A stretch of DNA of 64,000 bases from contig NMRA01000147.1 of assembly GCA_002633005.1 (NCBI GenBank), forward strand, positions 768,868 through 832,867. Reading direction: 5' to 3'. This document shows positions 53,280-64,000 of this stretch, piece by piece; positions within the stretch are counted from its first letter, which is position 1; every line of letters starts with the position of its first letter. Origin of the DNA: Phoronis australis (taxonomy: Eukaryota; Animalia; Phoronida). The translations under genes and the position numbers were made by a program. The notes under the pieces were generated by a model. That model had not been told where the DNA came from. It saw only the letters and a program-made list of their open reading frames with translations, and made no database searches.

Positions 53280-54423
53280 AATCCATCTGAAAATGGGAAC
53301 ATGCTATCGTTTCTTTAATAGAAAGCTATTTACTAAATTTTATAAAAATCTGCCAAGGAGCTTCAGAGAAACAAAGGAAAACGGAAAAAAATGAAATTGC
53401 CACTAGGGGGCACAGCGTTCATCAGATCCGCCTGAAAGACGTCGTCGTCTGTTGTTAGCTTCACATAAATACAAGTACTAAATTTAAAAAAGATCCTGCA
53501 GTGTGTTTAGGAGATGCAGCTATGGGCGCAAAACAAGACAAAACAAAACTACCACCAGGAGGCGACACAGTAGTCATATTCCTTATCATCATCCGTTCTC
53601 TTCATACTGAGAACATATACTTTAATTTTCAAAATAATCCTTAGAGTGGTTTGGTTGATCAAGGGGCGGACGCCAAAAAACAGAGTCAAAAACAGGAAAA
53701 ATGGCCCCTAGATGGCGCAGAGTACCTCGATTCCATCCATTCTCACCAAATAAGTGCTTATATTTCAAATTTTCTGAAAATCCGTTGAAGACCTTTGAAG
53801 ATACATAGGTAAACGTAAAAAAACTAAAATTGCCTCTAGGGGACACACTGGTAGTCAGATCTGTCCCAAAAGTTGTTGTCATCCATTGTCAACATCATGT
53901 AAATACACTTGCTAAATTTAGCAAAGATCCTGCAAACGGTTTAGGAGATACAGCCATGGGTGCAAAAAAACTGCCACTAGGAGGCGCACAGTAGTCGAAA
54001 TCGTCTGAAAATCATCGTCAGCTTCTTTCGTAGTAAGAACATACATGCCAATTTTCGCAATCATCCTTAGAGCGGCTTGGTTGATAGAGGGGTAGACGCC
54101 AAAAACAGACTAAAAAACAGTAAAAACGGATAGCTTCGTCTCACTAATAGATGCCTATATACCAAATTTTATGAAAGTACGTTGAGGACATTTGAAGATA
54201 CATAGGTAAACGCAAAAAACTATAATTGCCAATAGGGTGCACAGCGATAGTCCGATCCGTCCGAAAGTTCGCCCATGCCTGAATCCATGAAAGAAACATA
54301 AGTGCAAAATTTCATGAACGTACGGTACGTCAAAGGGTTTTGGAGATAGAGCAGCCGATGCCGGACGCCTGACGGACGGAGATGACGGCATAATGTGTCC
54401 ACATATAAATATGTGGGCGTATA
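53280..54423 (+). repeat. Long copy of the CCACTAGGGGGC tandem-subunit repeat family
   Basis: Units with tgccactagggggcac, ccaccaggaggcga, cccctagatggcgc, ccactaggaggcgc; ends gacggacggagatgacggcataatgtgtcc...gtgggcgtataa; homologous to 1-1058. Left boundary approximate. Confidence 0.7.
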
Positions 54424-54915
54424 AAATGAGACACCATGTTCACCTCCCATGGTCTGTAGCTCTGCACAAGGAAAACCAGCATGAGGTTTTATATTCAGGC
54501 GATTCACGCTGTGCAGTATCAGGGTAGCCTTCCAATGACCAGGCGTGCGTTCAGTAACGCTAGGACCTGCGCTAGGACTTAGCTAAAATCTAGTGAAAGT
54601 CACGCGTTCTCATTTAAAATACAAGGCAATATCTCACGTAATCTCACGAAGTCTTGCTTTTAAGCGAGGTCCTAGTATCATTGAACGGGAGGCAGGTTTC
54701 GTGCAAGAAAAGCGTGAGCATACAAGACCATATATGACGGCCACTGAGGTGATTGGTTGGTAAGTTAGAATGTTGAATTAAGATAGAATTCATGAATTAT
54801 GGGATTGAATCCATTGTTTCCACTCGATGAAAGATTTCTCACCGCAAATGCCTGCCAGTGTTTCGGTTCGGGACTGCAAACTCGGGACATTGGCGTTCTG
54901 AGAACGCCGACCAGG

Positions 54916-55804
54916 CACAGGCACCTTTAAGTAGCCCTCTACAATATAACATAATAAAGAGAAAGGTACACAACTGACATTCAATATGGACGTCTGCCGG
55001 CCACTTCCGGAGTAACCCAAGCACGTCAAATCTGAGAGTAATTTCACTCAAACATTTTATCTGCGACAGCAACACGTTCATTGCTTCTATTTGTTCACAT
55101 CGAAACCAATAAATATCATAAATACCTCCAGATCTTCCTAGTTCAATCCTCAACATTCACGACAAATCGAAAATCAAGAAGGCCTCATGTAAGTTTCGTC
55201 TAATGCGCATGCTCATAAGGCCCCTCGCGACATCTTGAGAGCGCTTACATCAACTAAAAACAGCAACATTCAGCGAAGAGGCTCTTGACAGTAATTTACA
55301 TAATTTATATGTTACTCTATGAGCACGCTGATTGGGTACAGCAAAAATAGGTCAAACTTTCAAGAGGCCACAGACAACCCTGCTTTTTCACATGCTCATG
55401 CGAGGTAGGACGACATATTCGTAAATTACTGTCAAGAGCCTCTTCGCTGAATGTTGCTGTTTTTAGTTGATGTAAGCGCTCTCAAGATGTCGCGAGGGGC
55501 CTTATGAGCATGCGCATTAGACGAAACTTACATGAGGCCTTCTTGATTTTCGATTTGTCGTGAATGTTGAGGATTGAACTAGGAAGATCTGGAGGTATTT
55601 ATGATATTTATTGGTTTCGATGTGAACAAATAGAAGCAATGAACGTGTTGCTGTCGCAGATAAAATGTTTGAGTGAAATTACTCTCAGATTTGACGTGCT
55701 TGGGTTACTCCGGAAGTGGCCGGCAGACGTCCATATTGAATGTCAGTTGTGTACCTTTCTCTTTATTATGTTATATTGTAGAGGGCTACTTAAAGGTGCC
55801 TGTG
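54916..55804. mobile_element. Foldback non-autonomous DNA transposon with 384-bp TIRs and 7-bp TSD (P-superfamily-like)
   Basis: 54916-55299 is the reverse complement of 55421-55804 (121-bp spacer); termini CACAGG...CCTGTG; GACCAGG directly flanks both ends (54909-54915, 55805-55811). Confidence 0.88.
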
Positions 55805-55893
55805 GACCAGGTAAGCGTAATGATCACAAACAGCCACCTTGGTTGTGAACTCGCCGAAGGTCTTCTGTAGCATAATGGAGTGTTCGATCACAG

Positions 55894-56391
55894 TTAGCAT
55901 TTCGATGAAACCGCATGCAATAATTTATGAAGAAAATTTTTCTTTGGTGGCTTTTCCAAATTAATAGTTTCGCCTTTTCCCTCCTCGTTTCTTCCGTATT
56001 CGTATGACTTAACCTTCAAAGCTATGTCGTCAAACATTTGTTTTATTTTATCCTTGTCTTTGTAACTCGTGTAGTATATCCCCGAAAATCGGCGCCCAGT
56101 TTCGAAGACAAACCTCTCTATATCGTCCGTTGTGACGTAATCACGATGTCCGTCTCTTGAACGTTGTTTCAATTTTTCTACTTTGTCTTGATTTGTCACC
56201 ACCAGGAAAAGCTGGGTCGGTTGATCTTCGCACTCACGACATCGGACGGCGTCCAACCAAAACCCGTTCAGATCATTAAGCGTCTCTCTGTTGGTGGGGT
56301 CGAACACTAAGACAGCGGCTGCAGTATCATGGTAATAAGAATTGGTCAAAGATCTCATACGTTCCATGCCTGCAGTATCCCACAGGTAGAT
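55894..56391 (-). CDS. Rab-like small GTPase, coding exon 2
   Basis: atttcag acceptor then IYLWDTAGMERMRSLTNSYYHDTAAAVLVFD...VVTNQDK...YTSYK...HAVSSKC*. Confidence 0.9.
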   Translation of the reverse strand: MYLWDTAGMERMRSLTNSYYHDTAAAVLVFDPTNRETLNDLNGFWLDAVRCRECEDQPTQLFLVVTNQDKVEKLKQRSRDGHRDYVTTDDIERFVFETGRRFSGIYYTSYKDKDKIKQMFDDIALKVKSYEYGRNEEGKGETINLEKPPKKNFLHKLLHAVSSKC

Positions 56392-58592
56392 CTGAAATGG
56401 ATGTTTTGAGACGTCAAATTAAAGATGAATATTTAAACGTGAAGGTTATTTGTCGACTTCATTGTGAACAAACGGTCGGAAGAGCGTGATCGTTAGCAAC
56501 GTTGTCGACAACTTCGTTCAGGACCGGTTGCATAAAAGTCTTGGATTGTACCAATAACGTCGCATTATCACACCGTTTCTATTGTTGGAATTTGACGTCA
56601 AGTAACCAGGTCAGGGATGGTTCCGTAGGCACTAGCCACTCGTGAGAAAAACTAAGTGCTCACGTTTCTCATGTGATTGGGCGCTTAGAGTAAGATTATG
56701 TGCTATTTGCTCGCCAGTGGCAGGCTACGGAACGAGTTTTGGATGAGATCTCCAAACAAGGCCCAGTTCATTCCGTAGAACACGTGTCTTGCGACAAAAA
56801 TAAGATCACCAAAGACTATGCAAATTCACGACTGTCTGAAAGGAGATTGTTTCAGTCGTCAGTACGTTCGGGACCTTATTAACGTATAGCAAAATGGCCG
56901 TCACTGGACTAATATATGTCTACGAGGCAGGAATGTTGGAATTATGCTCCATAAGCCAAGATTTTTCGATACATTTCGAGTGCCTTTTGTGTAGGGAACG
57001 CGCCCTAGTCCAGTTTAGCACCATTTGATGCCGCAAGACCTTGTCTAAGCAGCATGCAAGCTCATGGTAACATTTTCCCATCAGCTAACTGTATTAGTTT
57101 TTTCTTGAACCACCAGCCTCTTCTACTCACTTTTTTCCTCATGAACTGCAGTTCTTTTATGTTTATGAGTAATTAAAACTAAGTTGGCATAATTCATGTA
57201 ATCCGTTTGCTACGACAGCAAACAACTGTGGCTTACGATGAATTAAGTGTATGAACAGAGGTGACAGAGAAGTTCGTGAGAAAAAATTGTGTTGATCAGA
57301 AAAAAAGCTTTTACGCTCCATTCTGGGATGGACAATGAAAAATGTAAATTAGTCATTGTCTTGCCTGAAAGATATCCGTCAGTAATACCCCACTTCATTG
57401 GCTTTTTTGACTAGTATCAAAGACGTTAAGACGACTTATCTTATTGCCCGCCGCCATTATTGTGTCAGACCGTGACGACGTCTCTACGATCCATGAATGT
57501 CCGCCAGAGCAGGCCGTTCAATGGGATTTTGCTAGGAGATTTGTCTCCCTCTCTACGGTCTCTGCCGTTATCAAGAATAGAGTACAAGTCGCTCAGCCAG
57601 CTCCCTTTATTGTCGGTTAGACACGCAACCTGTCTGTAAGTATTCACAGTCACGGGAATAAACGCAGCAACTTTAGGAAATCAGTTTACCCTAAACTTGA
57701 ATATCAACATGTTATCTTTGGTAATAACTGCCATGTACAAAAATACAGTGCGACGGTGTGCTTTTCACCGTACAATGGATAAATTCCTTGAAGTCCGTTT
57801 ATCGACATTTCTATATTTTTGACAACAATCCTGTCTCGTCGTGACAGATCAATTCATAAGCTCATTGCGAATTAGCTCGGCATGCAGACATGGCATTTGT
57901 GTACGAGATTTCGACGCCGGCACCGGTTTCTCGGTGTCTCATTAACTGGGAAGTTGAATGGAACTAATTTGCATACAACATGGAGTAAACTGCACTTGTG
58001 AACAACGTCGATTATCCATTGTGTTTTTAAGTGGCGTCATTACAGGGCAGATTTCTTTAATTTGGGAATAGAAATTTTTGTGAAGGACACATGTATGGAA
58101 CAGTAAATGTTTATTTCGTCATCCAGGTAAGTGGAACATTGTAAATTTCTTCAAAAACCTTTGAATACTAAAACTGATAGGTAAAAGCCCACATGTATGT
58201 GTGGAGCTGTTTTCTGACAGATGCCAGTAAGCCACGAATGTAGCTCGAAACCGGTTACCCGCAAAGAAAGTTCATTCAATACTCATATTTTATTTCCACG
58301 ACTTAAAGATAACCTCCAGCGACTAAAACACCTTTTTGACACCGGAAATACAAGTATTTTTGATAAAAAATGCTTTTTGTTTTTTTTCATACCACAGAAT
58401 GCAATTAATTGCGACGTAAATTACTCAGCCCATAATTCGTAGCCCCTTCTAGAGCCCCTGAGATACTCTCAACCAATCAGCGTAATGTGGTACATAGGAG
58501 ATCATTGTGCCAACGAAATTTCCCGAAGACTCACTGCGCAACAGTTGAAAGTCATTTTTGGATGCAGGCTAGGTATCGGTCTCTGGGCTAAA

Positions 58593-58980
58593 ATGCCACG
58601 TTACGTGGCGTACAGGTGCAGCAATGTAAGCGACAATGACATATATTTGGACAACTTCCCCGCCGATCCCGCCTTTATGATGTGCCGTGCACAGAATAAA
58701 TTCTTATCCAAAACAAGGAAGAACTGCATGCACGCACCCAGCGTTCGATATGGGGGGGGGCTCGAAAAAAAACGGGAGCACCTCTGTGAATTGCGCGTTT
58801 GCCCTTATTTACTGGGCTTTTGTCCCATTTTCTCGGACTTTTTGTCTCTCAGGGCGGACCTTTATGCCCACTTTGCCAATTGGTTGAGCCGCCCGAGCCC
58901 CGCCCTGGGTGCGCGCATGAACTGGCGAAAAAATTCTAAGAGCAGCAAAATCTGTTTTAGCCTTGATGCAAAGCTGTATA
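58593..58980 (+). pseudogene. THAP zinc-finger relic interrupted by a MITE
   Basis: Removing 58727-58919 and one TSD gives MPRYVAYRCSNVSDNDIYLDNFPADP...KTRKNWRKNSKSSKICFS, a THAP-like pattern with lost Cys/His ligands. Confidence 0.6.
58727..58919 (-). mobile_element. CATGCGCGCACCCAG-TIR MITE with 5-bp TSD
   Basis: AACTG|catgcacgcacccag...ctgggtgcgcgcatg|AACTG. Confidence 0.85.
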
Positions 58981-60555
58981 CTAAATATGCAGCTTTGCGC
59001 CGATGTGGCCGGTAAAAAAATGACCGAATAAAATCTGACAAATAAGTGTCATTAAAAACTATACCGCTTTTATTTGAACAAAGTTAATTATTTACCGTTG
59101 TTGGAAAAATGGCGTTCTGTCGTTCATTCCGATGCTAAAATTGTGATGCGCTCTTTTGCGTCGGCTTCAGGCGCCGTCACCTATTGATCAGTTTTCAAGT
59201 TTTCCTCGAGTCTTCTATCAACTGCTCTTCTCTTCCACGAGGTTGCGCACTTATCGCAACAAATTTTCTTAACTGGAGTCATTTTGTTACAAGGTTTTAG
59301 TATATTAATAACAGCAAATCGCATTTCAAAACAAATTTTGGTGCTGCGAAGCTGTCATCATCTTCCGAGAGATGTGGCTAAATTTTAGGAAATGGCGCGA
59401 GCGCGTGTTACAAGCGTACTCCTTTCAAAACCTCGACAGACTTTTCATGGTTACAAAAGGCGGAGAATTATGCAAGAAAATGACGTTTATTACATTGTTT
59501 TCCACTTAAAAGGCTACAACAGGCAATGTGAGTGTCGGTTGACTCCCAGATTTTGGCATGCACATCCCGTCGGTCGTTGGTTCTACATGTTAATTAAGTT
59601 TCACGACAGGGTGCCAGCAGAACTACCCGGAATGCGTGAAATTTCGAGGTCCAACAGAGTTCAACAGACAGTTGTACCTAGCTGTATTTTGACGATAGTC
59701 TTCATACAGCTGGCTGGCTGGCTACAAGATCTGCAGTGCGCACTTCGACGTTTCATGTAACGACGGAGACACGGTGAAAACCAAATTCGTTATGTCGATG
59801 ATGCCATAGGCTTCGATTGGTGCGAGCGCCACCTCAAGTTCTTTTTGGCGCTAAATGGGGTTCGTGGTGGGACTGCTGTGTAGTAAAAGGCCTACTTGGT
59901 TAACAATTGGGTTATGTTATGACACCGTATATTGATATTTTTCATCAACACATGTATTTTAGATATAAAAATAGTCATTTTGGCACTACAGTAGGCCTTT
60001 ATGGTTATGTAGGATTCTAGAAAAATGTCCTCCAATTTTGGCCAACTTTGGAACATTGTATCTCAGAAATGATTATGGGATTCACATGAAACTTTGTACA
60101 CAATTCTCCAGGAATTGTTTTTAATTTAGGGTTTATATCATTCTTAAGAAAAAATCAAGTTGCAGAAACCGAAAGCGAAACTATATAGAAAACTGTAACA
60201 CCGTATTTCAGATTTTATCTTGAACATTTATATGACATGAAATTTGTCCATGTTCTTGTTGTTTTGCTTGAATGTGCCTGCCCTAAAAAGGCAAGATCAG
60301 AGGCAGATTAGTATAAAGTCAATTATCAAATTTTACGGAATTTCCACTTTCAGAAAATATCTATCTTTGCTGAGTTAAATTCTATAGTTTTATAGAAATT
60401 TAGCGAAATGTACAGACTTGTCGATAACGTTTTACATGTACATACCATTAACCTGAACTGTATGCTAAGCTTGAAGGCAGCTGAGCCAGCAAGTTGGGCT
60501 GCTATCTTTTTCTTAACACCATGCTTGATAAGCTTTTGAATACGGTTATACATAC

Positions 60556-60735
60556 CGCAATTTGATGCTGGTCGTAATACTTTGTGTCTTGACTTGGTCG
60601 TAACCCAAATGTTGCATTTGATTTGGAGTTGGGATATCCGGCAAATACCTTGAACAGAGTACTTTTTCCAACACCGACATTACCAAGCAGTATAACTTTC
60701 TTCGTGTCATGCATGGATATTTCTTCACTTTCCAT
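60556..60735 (-). CDS. Rab-like small GTPase, coding exon 1
   Basis: MESEEISMHDTKKVILLGNVGVGKST (P-loop)...ATFG...QIA|gtatgt, phase 0, joins exon 2 to give about 225 aa. Confidence 0.88.
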
Positions 60736-62167
60736 GTTTCTTGACTTCAGAGGCCTGTGCTCAATCTTTACACATGCCACGTGACCTTGCTAAGGCAGAC
60801 CTGCAAATGATATGTAAAGGCACACCTGTCTATATACCTATTAATACTTTAAACTAACACAAAAACGATTGTGTGCAGCTATGATAACTGCCATCAAGTT
60901 CTTGACAAGCGTGTTCGAAGTGTTAGTCACGTGAGCGTGTTGCAGTGACACAGATACTCGATTACGTCTGTCACGGTTAATAGCATAGACATACAGGCAG
61001 GAAGAAGAGATAACCATCTCTTCCTGATATAGGTTATCCCACATACATAGGAATGCTACTGCCATATCCTAACGAGAATTCATTTCATCTGGAAATGTCC
61101 CAACGAGACTGAAGGTCGAGTTTTTCGGGAAATTAAGTTATAAGAAAAAATATTGTACACCAAAGGCGGAATATCTTAAAACGAAAATATCACGACACAA
61201 TCTTCAATTTTCTCTTTCTCGGTCATGTCAACTGCAACCAATGCAATAGCTTGTGAACATCAAGAATTACACGCGAATTTTCATTTGCCGATGATAATTT
61301 TTCAGCTGCTCAAACCTAACTGGTTCAAATTTCGTTGAGTAAATTCTGCCTCCGAAGTATTTAGGGAGGTGGAAATGTGCGAGTTTTAAGCAAAATATGG
61401 AATTGGTATCTATTAATGAATGACCATAATCGTAAAAAACGCTTTGAAACTCTAAAAGGTTTCGTTCTTAGTTGTGGATCAGAGTGACAACAAGTGCGTT
61501 TTCAAACAATTCCTGTCTGGAGATACGTATGCACGGAAGCGCATCCGCATAAAGGTTCTTCAAATGAAAACGTAATGGCGTTGACAGGCGTGCCAGTCAA
61601 CCTCTGCCACTTCCTATCGCAAAAGGCTCAAAAGCCTGTTTTGAAGTGGCTTAGTTACACTCTGGCGTTGCACCAGGAAGAGGGTGATAAAAAATTAAAA
61701 ACATATGACATGTTGTTTGTCCAGAGGCCGTTACTAGAGATATGAAAAATTGTAGTTGTATGATGGCACGATCCGTCACAGCTGCCTTATCTACTGATGC
61801 CAACAAGGTTAACATACACACATTCTCATAGGTTAACATACACACATTCCCATATGCCTGACAGCAGTAACACACACACCCAAAGTGGGTTCTTTTCCAT
61901 GTAATGTACGGAAAGGGGACAGGGCTTGTCGGCGCAGAGATCAAGGAAACGCGTGGACAACGGATACATATAACCATGAGGACAGGAAAAACGATACCGT
62001 TGTCGCCAGTCATAACTTCTTTCATTTACATGCCCGAATGCAACCGATACCACGACGCCACTATAGGCCTTTTGGCACTGAAAAATGCCTAAACCTATGA
62101 GACGAAGTCCTAGAGGACGCTTGCAAACACCAACTCGAATTGGCGATAGGCCTCTAGTACGTTACTC

Positions 62168-62409
62168 CATGCGCGCACCCAGGGGGGGGGGGCTCGAGGG
62201 GCCCCCATTTGGCGAAGTGGGCTAAAAGATCCGCCTCAGAGAAACCAAAAATCTAAGAAAAATAGACAAAAGTCCACTAAAAAGGCGCGAACGCATAATT
62301 CATAGCTCTAAACGTGGTACCCCTTGTTATACCCCGTTTTGTTTGTTAGTAAAAGGTCCCCATTGTCAAAAATTCGAGCCCCCTATATTTTAGGCTGGGT
62401 GCGCGCATG
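62168..62409 (+). mobile_element. CATGCGCGCACCCAG-TIR MITE with 5-bp TSD
   Basis: TACTC|catgcgcgcacccag...ctgggtgcgcgcatg|TACTC. Confidence 0.88.
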
Positions 62410-63857
62410 TACTCAGATTCTTCCCTACAGCCACCGATTCAGTCCCAAATCTCTTGTCGTTCGCCATAGGCGTGTGGCCATTGCTATTTAGGGAACAAAC
62501 CGCATGGAGGCAGCCTGTTGGTACGTATTGTACTTCACAAAATTTTCGCAAGGGACACTTATTAGGCACCATGATGTCACGTGCTTAGGACATGATCTTG
62601 ACTTTTTGGGTTTTGGGTATATTTATGAATTTCAAAACATGCTAAAACGATGTACATTTAAAATCATTCGTGTCATGGAGTACAAAATTTATGAAAGAAG
62701 CGTCTACCGAGGACTGCAAAATCGAGAGAAATACGGGGAAAACATCACCCCGAAATGAATGAAGTGGGAGCTCCTCCTTGATTAGACCCTTAAGAAAAAT
62801 GAATATCAATAAAAACAAGAAACGGCTGACCATTTAATGCTATAAGCAAGAGTAATGATACTATATTTCGAAAAACAAGAGTGCAATCGATCTACATCTC
62901 CGTTATACCTTGCCAGAGGTTCCCTGACGATATGATGCAGCTTTGCTCCGGCAAATCTGTGCATATCAAGCTGTCTTTGGAAGTATATATAACAACACAT
63001 GTTCAAGTGAGCGCAAACGAAAAATACTATTTGATTTTCAAACGAGGTCCCCTAAGTCTTCTGGCTAGGGTTCCGCCTAACGGGTGGGGAGGGGGGCGCT
63101 CCCCCCCTACCCTCGCTTTCACGCATATGACTTAACGTCGGGTCCTACACAAGGGAGTTGACTTCGGACCACGGGATCAAAAAAGTTTGGTGGGGTGAAA
63201 TTAATTTTCAACACCCCTCCTCTTTTCCTACAGGCCTGCTAAAGCGGCCAAATAGAAAGGGAGAGCGTAATTGAAACTGTTGTCAGTGATGGAATAACTG
63301 GTGTTAACGGGGGTGAAGCGGACGTAAGAAGGACTGCAGATGGTGACGAAGACAAAAGTGAAGTCGATCAGGGAGAGAGATGGTGGAGGGGTAGCAATCG
63401 CATTGTTTTGCCTACGCTTATGTAGTGCACGCTGGAAGCCATTTATGCCGCAACAGTCACAAGTTTAATTCGCAATAAGGAAATTTTCCTGGCTATTGCA
63501 TAGGAGGATTTCCACGAGATTTTTAATTACATTATGCACTACTTTAAATATCAAATTTTGCTAATTGCATTACCAGATCAGCAGAACTGTAGCCATGCGC
63601 ACTATATAGTTACTTTTAAAACAACGGTCAGTTTCAAAATTCACGACATATTTTTGATTTTATTTCTCACGGCTCTCTTGTTCATTTCGCCAGAGAATGC
63701 CAATGTATTGTGACCCAGTGTCTATCTGATCTCAACGTCCTGCCGCGATAAGTATTTGTTTCAAACATCCGGCATTTACAAAATAAAGGTCGTGTTATAT
63801 GCTAGCAAGTTCTGTTACTGACTGTAGGTCAACGACGGACCTAGCGGACGCTCTCTC

Positions 63858-63990
63858 CTGGGCCCGGTGCCTAATGTCAGACTCGAACTCGAACTCGGAC
63901 TCGAAATCTCATTTTCAACTCGACAGGGCCCGGTGCCTAATGTCAGACTCGAACTCGAACTCGGACTCGAAAATTTCTACTCGAAATCTG
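63858..63990 (+). repeat. 66-bp-period tandem repeat with ACTCGA sub-repeats (probable transposon terminus, truncated by the window)
   Basis: gggcccggtgcctaatgtcagactcgaactcgaactcggactcgaaa at 63860 and 63926. Confidence 0.7.
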
Positions 63991-64000
63991 TCTCAGTCGA

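Noticed and set aside
53280-54423. CRISPR-like array
   Set aside because: Eukaryotic context, degenerate long units whose spacers are themselves homologous, no cas genes.
54790-55870. Paired identical ORFs (MLRIELGRSGG.., MKLLSDLTC..) as duplicated genes
   Set aside because: They are the two arms of the foldback element; no protein-like features.

Overview
AT-rich, intron- and repeat-rich animal genomic DNA, probably a marine invertebrate (species not determinable from the sequence). Three spliced genes can be built by hand. (1) An LRRC71 ortholog on the minus strand (2266-17643, 3' end outside the window), with an 18-nt microexon, candidate alternative 5' exons and an upstream RFX X-box. 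(2) A two-coding-exon gene only half visible in the ORF track (44883-44951 + 49787-49924, +) encoding a 68-aa prepropeptide: signal peptide, KR site, then an acidic 6-Cys mature peptide. (3) A two-exon atypical Rab-like GTPase (60735-55894, -). Mobile elements include a complete miniature LTR element with tRNA-like LTRs (Helenus-type TRIM, 4-bp TSD), a decayed Gypsy-like pol with an ADD RT motif, an 889-bp foldback element with 384-bp TIRs and a 7-bp TSD just downstream of the Rab stop codon, a 5-bp-TSD MITE family (one copy splitting a THAP relic), TTAA/Kolobok-like MITEs and a CCACTAGGGGGC (CTCF-like) repeat family. Three tandem duplications centred on single 'n' bases are probably haplotype/assembly artefacts.
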